Counted from the first letter of the stretch, positions 29,402-41,392 are shown. The stretch is DNA of 64,000 nt from Candidatus Bathyarchaeota archaeon (GCA_018396995.1 JAGTQB010000001.1:67584-131583), one strand, 5' to 3'. Program-made: numbers and translations. The notes: generated by a model not told the origin, from the letters alone.

Positions 29402-30463
29402 TTAGTAAGCGATTCTCCCCCTCTCTGAGGCGAGCTCCTCTCTCAGAAGCTTAGCCGCCTCCTCTGGTGGTACAACATTAATGTACATTCCCGTACTCTT
29501 TTCAAAGCCAGCCCAAATGGATAATGCTGGATAGACTTCAACATGCCAATGATAATATTCTGCCGGGGCCATGTGAAAGCCAAGGTTATATGGCGGGTCA
29601 TTAAATAGGCTCCTCAGCCCACCCAAACTAAGCCTAAGGGTCTCCGCAAAGCTCTTAACCTCGCCCTCTTTAAGACCCAGTATTAAAGATTGGTGTCTCT
29701 TAGGGAATATCCAGAACTCAAATGGGTTTATTGAGGCCCATGGAGCAAAAACTATGAAATTGTCGTTCTCGTGGATGAGACGCTCTCCCCTTCTCTCCTC
29801 GCCTATTATGTTGCAGAAGATGCATCCGTTATTATCTTCATAATATTTTTTGCTTGCAGCCAACTCCTCTGATACAACCTTTGGAGTAACTGGCATAGCT
29901 ATTATCTGCATATGTGCATGGGAGAGCGAAGCGCCCGCGCTTGCGCCATGATTTCTAAATATTGAAACATATTTCACGTAATTTCTCGTCATAAAAAATG
30001 AGACTCTATCTTTCAGAGCGTTTATTACGTGTATTAGCTGACTCACTCTGGCTACGCCTGGATGCTCATCATGGTTCGGGGACTCTACTAGAACCTCATG
30101 ATGCCCCAGTGCCCATGAGCGAACATATCTCAACCCACCCTCAAGCCCAGGTATAACGCCCGATTCTCCAGGGGTGAATGCTGGGTATAGATTTGGGAAG
30201 CACCTTACAATCCAATTTTTATGCCGATCCTCATCTGTATCCCTCTCCCTTTTAACGGTACCATTAGTGTTTAATATATAGACCAAAGAGGCAGGTGGGG
30301 TTAAATGCTCATTTCCTGGGCAGAATGGACATACAAGATGTCCCCTTTCTTCAGGACGCCTCTCAACAACCTCTAAAGGTCTCTTCTTCCTCTGTGGTGC
30401 TATTACAACCCATCTATCTATTATGTAATCTTTCCTCAACTCATTAATGGACATAGAGACCAC
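29402..30463 (-). CDS. galT: Galactose-1-phosphate uridylyltransferase (GalT/HIT family)
   Basis: CPFCPGNE, NLYPA, GASLSHAHMQ and YHWH motifs. Confidence 0.9.
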   Translation of the reverse strand: MVSMSINELRKDYIIDRWVVIAPQRKKRPLEVVERRPEERGHLVCPFCPGNEHLTPPASLVYILNTNGTVKRERDTDEDRHKNWIVRCFPNLYPAFTPGESGVIPGLEGGLRYVRSWALGHHEVLVESPNHDEHPGVARVSQLIHVINALKDRVSFFMTRNYVKYVSIFRNHGASAGASLSHAHMQIIAMPVTPKVVSEELAASKKYYEDNNGCIFCNIIGEERRGERLIHENDNFIVFAPWASINPFEFWIFPKRHQSLILGLKEGEVKSFAETLRLSLGGLRSLFNDPPYNLGFHMAPAEYYHWHVEVYPALSIWAGFEKSTGMYINVVPPEEAAKLLREELASERGRIAY

Positions 30464-30557
30464 TATGATGACTATCTACTCAACTCAGTTAATTATATAC
30501 TGTTAAAAAGCGCAAAACAAATTTTTCTTTTCAGAATTTCATTTCAGTGGAGCGTTA

Positions 30558-31781
30558 ATGGAGTATATTGGAGTTGACTTTCCCATAGAGGTTATTCGTG
30601 AAGGTATTACTAATGTCGCTATCCCAAAACTTGAGTTTTTTAAGAGGGGTCTCTGGGACTATGCTCCAGCACAGGCGCCAGTATTCTATAATCCTCGGAT
30701 GAGAACCTGTAGGGATATAGCTGTCTTAGCTCTACAATCCTATCAGAAACTCGTTGGCAGAGACTTAAATGTTTCAGAGCCTTTAGCTGGCTGCGGCGTC
30801 AGAGGGATAAGGTTTGCTAGGGAGGTTGAGGGGATAAGGAGTGTCTATATTAATGATATAAGCGAGAGGGCTTATCAACTCGCCAAATACAACGTCCTCC
30901 TAAATAATCTTGAAGATAAGGTCTTCGTGTCAAACGATGATGCAAACCTATTTCTTAGTAGGCACGCCGCCACAAAGAATAGATTTGACTTTATAGATAT
31001 AGATCCCTTTGGCTCCCCAGCACCATACTTGGACTCAGCCATTAGGGCGTTAAGGGATGGTGGACTATTGGCTTTAACAGCGACCGATATGGCGCCTTTA
31101 TGCGGCGTCTATCCTAGAGTAGCCTTAAGGAAGTATGGTGGTGTATCCTTGCGAACCGAGTATTGCCATGAGATAGCGGTGAGACTTTTAGCTGGGTGCT
31201 TGGCATCGGTGGCCGCCAGACATAACATTGGAATAAAAGTATTATTCAGTCATAGTACGCGGCACTATATTAGACTATACACGCTTGTAGAGTATGGTGC
31301 TAAAAAAGCTGACGAAGCCCTAAAGAACATGGGCTATATACTACACTGTTTTAAGTGCTTCCATAGAGAGATCCATCAGGATATCATGTTAGCTGGGCAT
31401 AATAGTAAATGCCCGGAGTGTGGGTCTATAATGAGGGCTACTGGGCCGCTGTGGCTTGGTGGAATAGTTGATGAGAACTTTTGTAGGATACTGGAGGAGA
31501 ATTTAGAGAGGGAGAATTTCAGCCACATAGGTCACGAAGCAAGAAAGATAATTTCGATGGTGAGAGATGAGATAAACGCGCCCATCACTTACTACGTTAT
31601 TGATAAGATTTGCGATAAAATTGGTATACCCACACCCCCACTAAGGGAGGTTATACTCCGTCTCTCAAGTGCAAATTATAGGGCGCTGAGGACACACTTC
31701 CACGCTAAGGGGGTTAAGACTGATGCCCCTGCATCAACAGTCATAGAGATTATTAGGGGGATTGCGGAGAGACAATTCTAG
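30558..31781 (+). CDS. trm1: tRNA (guanine26-N2)-dimethyltransferase
   Basis: VFYNP, GVRGIRF, DIDPFGSP, TATD and GPLWLG motifs. Confidence 0.95.
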   Translation: MEYIGVDFPIEVIREGITNVAIPKLEFFKRGLWDYAPAQAPVFYNPRMRTCRDIAVLALQSYQKLVGRDLNVSEPLAGCGVRGIRFAREVEGIRSVYINDISERAYQLAKYNVLLNNLEDKVFVSNDDANLFLSRHAATKNRFDFIDIDPFGSPAPYLDSAIRALRDGGLLALTATDMAPLCGVYPRVALRKYGGVSLRTEYCHEIAVRLLAGCLASVAARHNIGIKVLFSHSTRHYIRLYTLVEYGAKKADEALKNMGYILHCFKCFHREIHQDIMLAGHNSKCPECGSIMRATGPLWLGGIVDENFCRILEENLERENFSHIGHEARKIISMVRDEINAPITYYVIDKICDKIGIPTPPLREVILRLSSANYRALRTHFHAKGVKTDAPASTVIEIIRGIAERQF

Positions 31782-31789
31782 CTGAGGGT

Positions 31790-32683
31790 TCACCCCTCAA
31801 TCTCAACTATCTCTAAGCTCATATCAATGGATTTAGCTGAGTGGGTAATGGCGCCTACAGAGATTATATCTGGGCCGAGACTAGCATAATCTAAAATATT
31901 GTTTTCAGTTATCTCTCCAGAAACTTCTATGAGAACCTTATCTCTTAAGCCAAGCTCCTTAAGGGCATCAATGACCCTTCGGACATCCTTAACGCTCATA
32001 TTATCTAACATTATTATGTCAGCGCCCAGCCTAGCAGCCTTAATAGCGTCCTCAACAGTCCGAGCTTCAACCTCAATCTTTTTTGAAAAACTCTTTGAGG
32101 AGAGAGCCTTTTTTAAAGCCTCCTCTAAGCTGCCAGCGATGGCGATGTGGTTATCCTTAATAAGTATCTGGTCATCTAGTCTGAATCTATGCGGATCTCC
32201 TCCCCCGATAGCCACAGCCTTCTTGTCAAAGTATCTTAATCCTGGAGCGGTTTTTCTAGTGGCGGCTATACGTATATTGAGTCCAGCCTCCCTAATCTTC
32301 CTGATCAGCCTTCTTGTCTCAGTAGCTATTCCGCTCATCCTCGAAAGAAGGTTCAACGCAGTCCTTTCAGCCGAAAGTATACTCCTTCCCTCGCCCCTAA
32401 TAATGGCTATTGACGTATTAGGTGAAACCTCATCGCCATTTTTAACGTTTGGTGTAAAGCTTGCGCCAACGATCTCAAAGATCATTCTGGCTTCATCAAG
32501 CCCGGCTACGACGGCCATCTCCTTCACGATTATCTCTGCACGAACCTTTACCCCACTAGGGACTATGAGTTCCGTCGTTATATCTCCTAGTCCTATATCC
32601 TCTTCAAGGAAGCCTCTGATCTTCTCTCTTAGCAGAGCATCTGGGACATTCAATTTCCTATCACAAATACTCTCCCAGACCAT
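31790..32683 (-). CDS. nadC: Nicotinate-nucleotide diphosphorylase (quinolinate phosphoribosyltransferase)
   Basis: ERTALN, TRKTAPG, HRFRLDD.ILIKDNH, EVE and MLDN motifs. Confidence 0.95.
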   Translation of the reverse strand: MVWESICDRKLNVPDALLREKIRGFLEEDIGLGDITTELIVPSGVKVRAEIIVKEMAVVAGLDEARMIFEIVGASFTPNVKNGDEVSPNTSIAIIRGEGRSILSAERTALNLLSRMSGIATETRRLIRKIREAGLNIRIAATRKTAPGLRYFDKKAVAIGGGDPHRFRLDDQILIKDNHIAIAGSLEEALKKALSSKSFSKKIEVEARTVEDAIKAARLGADIIMLDNMSVKDVRRVIDALKELGLRDKVLIEVSGEITENNILDYASLGPDIISVGAITHSAKSIDMSLEIVEIEG

Positions 32684-32823
32684 TATACATATAAACTTTG
32701 CTTCACTGTAACCTATGCGGTGAAATGGATCTTTTCCGAGAGCTTGAGAGAAATATTTATAACTTAATTCTCTTAATTGATGAGAGAAAACGTGTAGGAA
32801 TTAAAGGACGAAGGTTATAGGGT

Positions 32824-33837
32824 ATGCCGAAGCACCATGCTCCTAGGAGGGGCTCATTAGCATACTTACCTAGAGCTAGAGCTTCGCGCTCAGTTGCTAG
32901 AGTGAGATATTGGCCTGAGGTTAAAGAGGGACCTGTGCTACTCGGCTTTGCCGGGTACAAGGCTGGAATGACTTATGTAGTTATGGTTGATGATGAGCCC
33001 GGCTCGGTTAACTTTGGTAAGGAGGTCGTCCAACCAGTTACGATTATAGATACCCCACCCATGTATATAGCCGCCGTCCGAGCATATGCGCGGGATGAAT
33101 GCGGCCTTAGAGCCTTAACTGAGGTCTGGGCTTCGCCAATACCCAAAGACTTTGATAGGGTTATAACTCCACCAAAGAACTATGGTATGGAGAATGTTGA
33201 GGAGGGTTTAAAGAGGATAGAGGCTGCCCTCAATGAGGTCACCGAGTTTAGAGTTTTAGCCGCCACCCAGCCAAGGTTAGCTAGCGTCCCAAAGAAGAAG
33301 CCAGATCTAATGGAAATTAAGGTTGGCGGGGGAACCATAAAAGAGCAGTTTGAGTATGTTAGGAAGATTTTAGGTAAAACTATCTCTGTTGAAGAGGTTT
33401 TTAAAGAGGGACAATATGTCGATGTAATAGCCATAACTAAGGGTAAAGGGTTCCAAGGTCCTGTGAAGAGGTGGGGTGTAAAGACTCTGCAACACAAAAC
33501 ACGTAAAACGGAGCGTGGGGTTGGGACTCTGGGCGCAATAGGCATGAAGAGAGTTATATATGCCGTGCCCAGACCTGGGCAGATGGGCTACCACCAGAGA
33601 ACAGAATATAACAAAAGGATACTAAAGATTGGAAAAGATGGTAAAGAGGCGACACCGAAAGGCGGCTTCCTACACTATGGCATAGTTAAAGGGAACTACG
33701 TGTTATTGAGTGGAAGCGTCCCTGGACCAGCTAAGAGACTGATAAGGCTGAGGTATCCTGCTAGGCCGCCAAAGAGAATTAGTGAGACGCCACCACAAAT
33801 AACATTTATCTCTCTTGAGTCGCAGCAGGGTGTTTAG
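32824..33837 (+). CDS. rpl3: 50S ribosomal protein L3
   Basis: [21 protein letters not shown] and [13 protein letters not shown] motifs. Confidence 0.97.
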   Translation: MPKHHAPRRGSLAYLPRARASRSVARVRYWPEVKEGPVLLGFAGYKAGMTYVVMVDDEPGSVNFGKEVVQPVTIIDTPPMYIAAVRAYARDECGLRALTEVWASPIPKDFDRVITPPKNYGMENVEEGLKRIEAALNEVTEFRVLAATQPRLASVPKKKPDLMEIKVGGGTIKEQFEYVRKILGKTISVEEVFKEGQYVDVIAITKGKGFQGPVKRWGVKTLQHKTRKTERGVGTLGAIGMKRVIYAVPRPGQMGYHQRTEYNKRILKIGKDGKEATPKGGFLHYGIVKGNYVLLSGSVPGPAKRLIRLRYPARPPKRISETPPQITFISLESQQGV

Positions 33838-33851
33838 GGAGGTTTAAGGGC

Positions 33852-34655
33852 GTGGAAAAAATATATGTTAAGGTCTTTAATCTTGAGGGGAAGGAAGTTG
33901 GCACAATAGAATTACCAGAAGTCTTCTTGACACCATTTAGGCCTGATGTCATAAAGAGGGCTGTTGTGGCAATTCAATCGCACCGTTTACAGCCAAAGGG
34001 TAGGGATCCATATGCTGGTAAGAGGACTACTGCTGAGTCTTGGGGCGTTGGTCATGGACTTGCGAGGTTGCCTCGCTTGGACACTGGTAGGGCGAAATTT
34101 GCTCCGGGCACAGTTGGCGGCCGCTTAGCGCATCCACCCACAGCGGAAAAGAAAATCTATAAAAAGATTCCTAAGAAGGAGAGGCGTTTAGCACTGTTCT
34201 CGGCAATAGCAGCGACCGCGAGGAAGGAGATTGTTGAGGCTAGGGGGCACGTCATAGATAGTGTTCCAGGGATACCCTTAATAGTTACGGATGATCTTGA
34301 GAGTATAAAGAAGGCGGGCGATTTAAGGAAGGTGTTCGTGAATTTAGGGGTTTGGCCAGATATTGAGAGAGTTATGGATAGCATTAATGTTAGGAGTGGT
34401 AAGGGTAAGATGCGGGGTAGAAGACTTAAAAGAGCTATTGGGCCCCTCATCGTGGTGTCGAGGGATGATGGTATATTTAAAGCCGCGAAAAACTTTCCGG
34501 GAGTGGATGTTGTTAAGGTTAAAGACCTGAACCCAGAGCTGCTAGCCCCTGGAACCCATCCTGGGAGATTAACCATATGGACGAGCTCAAGTATAGAGGA
34601 GCTCAAAAAGATCACCACTGTTGTTAAGGAGGTTAGCCAGGTTGGAGCCGAATGA
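33852..34655 (+). CDS. rpl4: 50S ribosomal protein L4
   Basis: [24 protein letters not shown] and [11 protein letters not shown] motifs. Confidence 0.97.
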   Translation: MEKIYVKVFNLEGKEVGTIELPEVFLTPFRPDVIKRAVVAIQSHRLQPKGRDPYAGKRTTAESWGVGHGLARLPRLDTGRAKFAPGTVGGRLAHPPTAEKKIYKKIPKKERRLALFSAIAATARKEIVEARGHVIDSVPGIPLIVTDDLESIKKAGDLRKVFVNLGVWPDIERVMDSINVRSGKGKMRGRRLKRAIGPLIVVSRDDGIFKAAKNFPGVDVVKVKDLNPELLAPGTHPGRLTIWTSSSIEELKKITTVVKEVSQVGAE

Positions 34656-34902
34656 AATCATCTTGTATCCGCTTATAACTGAGCGGACAAGTCGGATGGT
34701 TGAGAGGGAGAATAAGATAACTTTCATTGTTAATCGTAGGGCGGCAAAGCACGATATAAAGAGGGCTGTTGAGAGGTTATATGGGGTTAAAGTTGAGAAA
34801 GTTAACACTGTTATAACTAGAGATGGAACCAAAAAAGCTTTTGTGAAACTTTCTCCAGAATATAATGCAGCTGATCTGGCAGTTAAATTAGGCATGCTCT
34901 AG
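34642..34902 (+). CDS. rpl23: 50S ribosomal protein L23
   Basis: PLITE, KVNT and KKAFVKL; TTG 34642 follows an AGGAGGT SD. Confidence 0.95.
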   Translation: MEPNEIILYPLITERTSRMVERENKITFIVNRRAAKHDIKRAVERLYGVKVEKVNTVITRDGTKKAFVKLSPEYNAADLAVKLGML

Positions 34903-34917
34903 TATAGAGGTGTTGAA

Positions 34918-35649
34918 ATGGGCAAGAGAATATTAGTTCAAAGAAGAGGGAGAGGGTCGCCAGTATTCAGGGCAGCCACCCACAGACGGGTTGCACCAGC
35001 GAAGTATCCAAATCTATCTGAGATAGACATTGTAAACAAGGTTTTAAAGGGGCAAGTACTGGAGCTGGTTCATGATCCGGGGAGGGGAGCCCCGTTAGCT
35101 TATGTAGAGCTCGAGAACGGTGAGAGGTACTATACTCTGGCAGTGGAGGGGCTACATGAGGGACAGATAATAGAGGTTGGGGGAAAGGCATCAGTAAATA
35201 TAGGCAATATCCTCCCAGTTGGAATAATACCTGAGGGAACAATGATATGCAACGTAGAGCTACTGCCTGGGGATGGTGGAAAGCTTGTCCGCGCATCCGG
35301 ATCATATGCAACTGTGCTCTCACATACGCCTGAGGGAACACTTATATCTCTCCCATCTGGTAAAACGCGCTACATAAATGATCGATGTCTAGCAACGATA
35401 GGTGTTGTGGCAGCCTCGGGACGTATCGAGAAGCCTTTTGTTAAGGCCGGAAAGAAGTTCCATTGGATGAAGGCTAAGGGGCATAAGTATCCAAGGGTGC
35501 GTGGAAGGGCGATGATAGCCGCCTTACACCCATTCGGAAGCGGAAGGAGGAGTGCTAAGAAGCACACAACTGTCTCACGTAATGCGCCGCCTGGAGCAAA
35601 GGTTGGGCAGATAGCCGCTAAGAGAACTGGGAGGAAAAAGAAGAAGTAG
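34918..35649 (+). CDS. rpl2: 50S ribosomal protein L2
   Basis: MGKRILVQRRGRG, HDPGRGAP and KVGQIAAKRTG motifs. Confidence 0.97.
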   Translation: MGKRILVQRRGRGSPVFRAATHRRVAPAKYPNLSEIDIVNKVLKGQVLELVHDPGRGAPLAYVELENGERYYTLAVEGLHEGQIIEVGGKASVNIGNILPVGIIPEGTMICNVELLPGDGGKLVRASGSYATVLSHTPEGTLISLPSGKTRYINDRCLATIGVVAASGRIEKPFVKAGKKFHWMKAKGHKYPRVRGRAMIAALHPFGSGRRSAKKHTTVSRNAPPGAKVGQIAAKRTGRKKKK

Positions 35650-35667
35650 AGAATAATCCATTTTCTT

Positions 35668-35958
35668 TTATCCTCCATGAATCACTGGTATAAAAACTAT
35701 TTCATCTCCATCCCTAACAATCGCATCCAATCCGCCTAGCAAATTAATCTCCCTCCCATTTAACAATATTATTGTATTAGGGCGCGGGTCCTTCAGCTCC
35801 GGATCTAGTAAAATATCTCTTAGCGAAGCAGCTTCTCTTAGAACCTCATCAACAATATCCTTTAATCTTAAATCTCCCTTAGCATTCATGTCTACGACTA
35901 GTTCATCTTTCCCAAGAGCCCTTCTCAGCACTCCCAACACTTTGACCCTAACTCTCAT
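35668..35958 (-). CDS. MoaD/ThiS/SAMP ubiquitin-like protein
   Basis: Beta-grasp pattern; C-terminal di-glycine (IHGG). Confidence 0.9.
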   Translation of the reverse strand: MRVRVKVLGVLRRALGKDELVVDMNAKGDLRLKDIVDEVLREAASLRDILLDPELKDPRPNTIILLNGREINLLGGLDAIVRDGDEIVFIPVIHGG

Positions 35959-36388
35959 TCAGCTCTCCTGCTTCCCTCTTAAAGAGATTTAGCCCAAATA
36001 AATTCAAAAGTGTTTTGATATCCTCCTTGCTATTTATTCTGAATAGATGGCTGGGGCATTTACAGTCGGATGAGCCGAAACCTACTACTGGCTCGTAAAG
36101 ACTACTTAAAACTCGCGCCATTCGGCACTCCTCACTTTTTAGGGACTCCTTAAAGAGGACATTTATGATCTCCGCGTACTCATCGCTGAGAAGATAATCT
36201 ATATGCCAAAAGACACGCTTATGCCTCTTAAAGTGTCTTTCAATTCTCTTCTCAAGGTTATTTTGGGCTGAGCCGACATAAACATATAAGCCCCTCTTAA
36301 AGGTTAATGTGCCGAGGGAGCCGACATTTACTCTTCTTGTTTCTCTAACAGATATAACGAGTATATATACGCCCCTCGTCTCCAGCAC
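35948..36388 (-). CDS. GIY-YIG nuclease family protein (DUF123-like)
   Basis: GVYIL, YVYVGSA, WHIDYL and GFGSSDC.C.SHL motifs. Confidence 0.88.
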   Translation of the reverse strand: MLETRGVYILVISVRETRRVNVGSLGTLTFKRGLYVYVGSAQNNLEKRIERHFKRHKRVFWHIDYLLSDEYAEIINVLFKESLKSEECRMARVLSSLYEPVVGFGSSDCKCPSHLFRINSKEDIKTLLNLFGLNLFKREAGELNES

Positions 36389-36439
36389 CCCGATATATGG
36401 ACAGCATTTATATTTTTATGCGCTAAAGAATTTAGGAGT

Positions 36440-36907
36440 ATGTCTAGTCAAGTTACTGTTAGAAGGGCGGAGAAATCCGACCTAAGGGCTCTATATGAGA
36501 TAGAGGTTGAATGCTTTCAAGATGGCGCTTTTCCACTCCACTATATTGCACATTTTCTTGAGGATCCCGAGTTTATAACTTTAGTTACTGTTGTAGAGGG
36601 GAAGGTTGCTGGCTATGTAACCGCCCGCGTTGAGAATTTTGAGGGGAAGTGTATGGGGCATATATATTCTATAGCGGTTAAGCCAGAATATAGGAGAATG
36701 GGGTTTGGATCATGTTTACTAGAGACTGTTGAAGAAATTCTGGAGAAAATGGGGGCTAAAGTATGCTACCTTGAAGCACGCAGGGACAATACTGCTGCAA
36801 TAAGATTCTACCTCAAGCATAAATATAGAGTATTTGAAGTTTTAAAGGACTATTATGGCGCTGGGAGGGATGGAATTAGATTCATGAAGTTTTTACTAAA
36901 GGGTTAA
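36440..36907 (+). CDS. GNAT N-acetyltransferase (RimI/Ard1-like)
   Basis: HIYSIAV.PEYRRMGFG, N..AIRFY and DYY motifs. Confidence 0.88.
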   Translation: MSSQVTVRRAEKSDLRALYEIEVECFQDGAFPLHYIAHFLEDPEFITLVTVVEGKVAGYVTARVENFEGKCMGHIYSIAVKPEYRRMGFGSCLLETVEEILEKMGAKVCYLEARRDNTAAIRFYLKHKYRVFEVLKDYYGAGRDGIRFMKFLLKG

Positions 36908-36981
36908 CCAGATCCTAATGAAGATAGATTCTACTTTCCGGCTTAAAAAGCATTAAATATTTTATTCAAGAGATAAGAAGA

Positions 36982-37668
36982 TTGGTGCCACTTATGTTAG
37001 AATTAAGAATTGGCCATAGGGGCGCTAAGGCTTACGAGCCCGAGAACACCATACTAAGCTTTAAGAGGGCTCTCGAATTGGGCGTGAATGCCGTCGAGCT
37101 TGATGTTAGGAGGACTAAAGATGGCGAGATAGTGGTTATTCATGATGCCGAGGTTGATAGGACGACTAATGGTAAGGGTCTTGTAAGCGACTTAACCCTA
37201 AGCGAGATTAAGAATCTCTCTACTGATAAAGGCGAGAAGATACCGACCCTAGAGGAGGCTCTTGATTTCCTGAATAGAAAGGTAAAGATACTAATAGAGG
37301 TAAAGGAGGTTGGCATAGAGGAGAAGGTCTTAGATATTGTTAGGAGGAGGGGGCTAGAGGATAACGTTATAATAATCTCATTTCATGAAGAGGTGTTAAA
37401 GAGGGTTAGGGAGCTAAGCGAGACCATTAAGACTGGACTAATTTATGTGAAACATAAGGATCCAATTGGGGCAGCTATATCGTTAAAAGCACAATACATA
37501 CTCCCAATGTACAAGTTTATTTACTCATACCTTGTGAAGAAGGCTCATGAAAAGGGTTTAAAGGTTATTGCTTGGACGATTAATACCCCTGAAGAAGCGC
37601 ATAAATTTGCGGGGATGGGCGTTGATGGGATAGCAAGTGATAAGCCCGACATATTGAGAGATTTATAG
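36982..37668 (+). CDS. Glycerophosphodiester phosphodiesterase
   Basis: GHRGA...PENT, ELDV and HD motifs. Confidence 0.93.
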   Translation: MVPLMLELRIGHRGAKAYEPENTILSFKRALELGVNAVELDVRRTKDGEIVVIHDAEVDRTTNGKGLVSDLTLSEIKNLSTDKGEKIPTLEEALDFLNRKVKILIEVKEVGIEEKVLDIVRRRGLEDNVIIISFHEEVLKRVRELSETIKTGLIYVKHKDPIGAAISLKAQYILPMYKFIYSYLVKKAHEKGLKVIAWTINTPEEAHKFAGMGVDGIASDKPDILRDL

Positions 37669-37679
37669 ACTAAAAAGAA

Positions 37680-37907
37680 CTAGACATTAATGTCTTCAAT
37701 GTCTTCCTCATGCTCCTCATAATCAGTCTCCAAATAATACCTTCTAGTCTTTATGTCGCAGCCAACCCTGCCCTTCTCAAATAGCTTACGAAGAGCTCTA
37801 AACACAGCCTTGGGGCTCTTATTTAATCTTTCGGCTATCTCCATGAGTGTTAAGGGCTCAGATTTACTTAAAAGCTCAACAATTTTTTTCTCAAGAACAC
37901 TCATCAC
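37680..37907 (-). CDS. Small winged-helix DNA-binding protein
   Basis: LTLMEIAERL...VFRALRKLFEKG; acidic tail. Confidence 0.8.
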   Translation of the reverse strand: MMSVLEKKIVELLSKSEPLTLMEIAERLNKSPKAVFRALRKLFEKGRVGCDIKTRRYYLETDYEEHEEDIEDINV

Positions 37908-38033
37908 GGCGCCTCCGCCATAACCTCAGTGGAATAATATTTCTTGAAATTGTTATAAAGTTTTAGTTGTTCTGGTCCTCAACGCCTGGATTAAAGGATA
38001 AATGAACCCAATGACATTTTTACTTTTGAGAAA

Positions 38034-39146
38034 ATGGGGACTTGCCTGATCTGTAAAGCAATCTCACCGTTGATCTCTAGTAAATTAGGGGTCTGTGTAA
38101 AGTGTATTAGGGAAAAGCCGGAAAAGGCCTTAGAAATATTTAGATTTGTCCGGAGAGAAACACGCAAGCGCTTTGAACTTCCGCCAGAAATCCCAAAGGA
38201 TCCTAACGGCGTTAAGTGCGGGATGTGCGCGAATGACTGTGTTATTGGACGGGGGTCGCGTGGTTTCTGTGGCCTAGTATTTAACATTGATGGGCAAATT
38301 AAGCGAATGGGCGGGACCCCGGAAAGGGGGATCTTAGAATGGTATTATGACCCATTACCAACAAACTGTGTTGCATGGTGGTTCTGCCCTGGCTGTACTG
38401 GCACTGGATACCCGAAGTATGCGTATAAGCCTGCCGCCGAGACCGGCTACGTGAATCTAGCAGTATTTTATGGGGCTTGCAGCTTAGACTGCCTCTTCTG
38501 CCAGAACTGGCATTACCGCTATTTATCGCAGAGACTCGCCCCGTGTGTTAGTAGCGAGGAGCTGGCTGGCAAGGTTAATGAGAGGGTCTCATGTATATGC
38601 TTCTTCGGCGGCGACCCATCCACACAAATGCTCCACGCCATTAAGGTTAGTGAGATGTCTCTAGAATGGGCCGAGAGGAATAAGCGTATACTAAGGATAT
38701 GTTGGGAGACGAACGGCAACATGCGTAGGGAATTCGCCTTAAAGGCGGCTGAGCTATCATTTAAGAGCGGCGGGATCATTAAATTCGATTTAAAGGCATG
38801 GGATGAAAACATTTATGCAGCATTGTGCGGCGTATCCAAGAAGGAAATTTTTGAAAACTTTAGGATTATAGGTGAGAGGTATTTCCCGGAGAGAGCTGAG
38901 GTTCCAGTCCTAACCGCAAGCACATTGCTCGTCCCGGGATACATAGATTCCGTAGAGGTTGAGAACATAGCTAAGTTCATTGCCGAGATAGACCCGCAGA
39001 TACCATATACGCTCCTAGCCTTCTATCCACAATATGTTATAGACGACCTGCCGACAACAAGCCGGAAGCAGGCTTATGAATGCTACCAAGTATCTAAGAA
39101 ATATCTTAGGAATGTAAAGATAGGGAATATACATTTATTGAGCTAG
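38034..39146 (+). CDS. Radical SAM protein (PflA-like/AmmeMemoRadiSam paralog)
   Basis: CSLDCLFCQNW, GGDP, WETNG and DLKAW motifs; N-terminal Cys clusters. Confidence 0.88.
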   Translation: MGTCLICKAISPLISSKLGVCVKCIREKPEKALEIFRFVRRETRKRFELPPEIPKDPNGVKCGMCANDCVIGRGSRGFCGLVFNIDGQIKRMGGTPERGILEWYYDPLPTNCVAWWFCPGCTGTGYPKYAYKPAAETGYVNLAVFYGACSLDCLFCQNWHYRYLSQRLAPCVSSEELAGKVNERVSCICFFGGDPSTQMLHAIKVSEMSLEWAERNKRILRICWETNGNMRREFALKAAELSFKSGGIIKFDLKAWDENIYAALCGVSKKEIFENFRIIGERYFPERAEVPVLTASTLLVPGYIDSVEVENIAKFIAEIDPQIPYTLLAFYPQYVIDDLPTTSRKQAYECYQVSKKYLRNVKIGNIHLLS

Positions 39147-39186
39147 ATTATAGGCGTTTATGAGAGAAAAGATTGTTTGGAGACTA

Positions 39187-41247
39187 TTACGCTAGTCCAA
39201 TTATTATCGGCGCAAAGACCTCCGCAACTAGAGACATCACCGTTATCATCGTGTTTAGGGATGGGCCAGCGGTGTCTTTGAATGGATCCCCAACCGTGTC
39301 GCCAGTTACAGCTGCCTTATGAGCCTCTGAACCCTTCCCGCCGAAGGCTCCAGCCTCAATATATTTCTTGGCGTTATCCCATAGTCCTCCAGAGTTAGCC
39401 ATGAAGAGGGCGAATATTATTCCCGTAACAATGCATCCTGCCAAGAAGCCTGCCAAAGCCTCCTTCCATAAAATCTTTAGTACCAACACTGGAACTATTA
39501 TTGCCAGCAGGCATGGTAGGAGGAGCTCCTTTATAGCGCCTTTAGTTGCAATATCGACACATTTAGCGTAATCCGGCTTAGCCTTACCCTCCATCAATCC
39601 CGGGATCTCCCTAAACTGGCGCCTAATCTCATTAATCATTCTCTCAGCGTTTCTCCCAACCGCTAATATTAGTAAGGCGGAGAGGAGAGGAGGCATCATA
39701 CCACCAATAAAGAGTCCTGTAATGACCTCAGGCTTCATTAAAGTTATTTCCTCTACCCTTATATCGACAAGATGGACATAGGCTGCGAAGAGGGCAAGGA
39801 CGGTGAGCGCAGCTGCTCCTATGGCGAAGCCCTTTGTTATAGCCTTCGTCGTGTTCCCAGCGGCATCAAGCCTGTCAGCAACCTCAACCACCTCCTCACC
39901 GAGCCAGGACTGCTCAGATATGCCTTTAGCGTTATCTGATATTGGACCATAGGCGTCAGCTGATATAGTCATGCCAACTGTTGCAAGCATACCGACAGCG
40001 GCTATCGCAATCCCATAGAAGGGGTTAATCCCAAATGAGGATGACAAATACCACGCTAATAGCGTTGCGGCACATATACCTATTATCGGCGGGATAATGC
40101 TCACTATGCCATATGAGAAGCCCGTTAAAATGTTGATTGCCGCACCTGTAGTCGACGCCTCTGCAACCTTCTTAGCGGGCATCCTATCTATAGATGTGAA
40201 GTAGTCCGTTGTAAGCCCAATGATGACGCCTGCAACCAGGCCGGCAACAGTTGGCAGAAATATTCCAAGCCATCTGCTTCCAGCTAAGCCCGAGTAAAAT
40301 GTAACCAGAAATAGAAGCAGTGTAAATATGATCCATGTTCCAAATGAGCCTCTATTGAGCGCTGCGCCAGGATTACCCTTAATGCTAGCCTTAGTAATTA
40401 TTACACCGAGTATCGATGCAATTAGGCCCATGGCGGATATTGTCAGTGGAAGTATGACGAGCACCTCTTCATGGAGCTCAGCTCCGAGAAGCATCGCTGC
40501 TATGATGCTCGCAATATAAGAGTCTGTTAGATCTGCGCCCATACCAGCAACATCGCCAACATTATCGCCAACATTATCGGCTATTACAGCGGGGTTACGT
40601 GGATCATCTTCAGGTATACCAAGCTCAACTTTGCCGACTAAGTCTGCGCTTATATCAGCAGTCTTCGTATATATCCCGCCCCCCGCCTTGGCGAAGAGGG
40701 CTAGGGCGCTGGCCCCGAAGCTGAAGCCTAAAACAATGTTTGCTGCAATCTCATCACTGAAGCCCAGCAGAAATCTATAGAGATAGAATAATCCACTAAC
40801 CCCTAATAGGGATAAGCCAATAATAGATAGACCCATCACTGCACCGCCATAGAACGCCACCGGGAAAGCCCTCTTAAGCCCCTCTCTAGCGGCATTAGCC
40901 GTCCTAACATTAGCCTCAACAGCGGCGCTCATGCCAATGTATGCTGCAGCCGTAGTGCATACGGAGCCCAAAACGTAGGCTAATGCCATACTCGACCCAA
41001 AAAATATGTCTCCATGATGATATATTGTGTAAATTACTCCAAGTATGGCGGCCATAATGATAACAAAGGCCATTAAAGTTATATTTTGCCTTCTAAGATA
41101 TGCCTTCGCGCCCTCCTTTATAGCATTAGATATTTCCCTCATCCTATCTGTGCCAGCATCCTGCTCCAAAATATATCTGTATAGGTAACCAGCAAGTCCA
41201 ACCGAAATAAGCCCTACTATAGGCGCTAAAATGAACCAAACTAACAT
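39187..41247 (-). CDS. hppA: Membrane-bound ion-translocating pyrophosphatase, K+-independent H+-PPase type
   Basis: [24 protein letters not shown] and [10 protein letters not shown] motifs; GNTTKA carries the Lys determinant of K+-independence. Confidence 0.95.
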   Translation of the reverse strand: MLVWFILAPIVGLISVGLAGYLYRYILEQDAGTDRMREISNAIKEGAKAYLRRQNITLMAFVIIMAAILGVIYTIYHHGDIFFGSSMALAYVLGSVCTTAAAYIGMSAAVEANVRTANAAREGLKRAFPVAFYGGAVMGLSIIGLSLLGVSGLFYLYRFLLGFSDEIAANIVLGFSFGASALALFAKAGGGIYTKTADISADLVGKVELGIPEDDPRNPAVIADNVGDNVGDVAGMGADLTDSYIASIIAAMLLGAELHEEVLVILPLTISAMGLIASILGVIITKASIKGNPGAALNRGSFGTWIIFTLLLFLVTFYSGLAGSRWLGIFLPTVAGLVAGVIIGLTTDYFTSIDRMPAKKVAEASTTGAAINILTGFSYGIVSIIPPIIGICAATLLAWYLSSSFGINPFYGIAIAAVGMLATVGMTISADAYGPISDNAKGISEQSWLGEEVVEVADRLDAAGNTTKAITKGFAIGAAALTVLALFAAYVHLVDIRVEEITLMKPEVITGLFIGGMMPPLLSALLILAVGRNAERMINEIRRQFREIPGLMEGKAKPDYAKCVDIATKGAIKELLLPCLLAIIVPVLVLKILWKEALAGFLAGCIVTGIIFALFMANSGGLWDNAKKYIEAGAFGGKGSEAHKAAVTGDTVGDPFKDTAGPSLNTMITVMSLVAEVFAPIIIGLA

Positions 41248-41392
41248 TTCATCTCACCTTCAGCATGATTTAATATCGAGTATTATAGTTTATGGTTAAG
41301 AATATTAAAGTTACTTAAAGCTGACTGAAGGAAACTTTATTTAAGTTTCCTAACACTATTTATCTAAAAAACATATGTTAAGGGTGATTTAA

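Noticed and set aside
31899..32711. 270-aa plus-strand ORF
   Set aside because: Antisense shadow of nadC; Ser/Ile/Leu-rich with no motifs.
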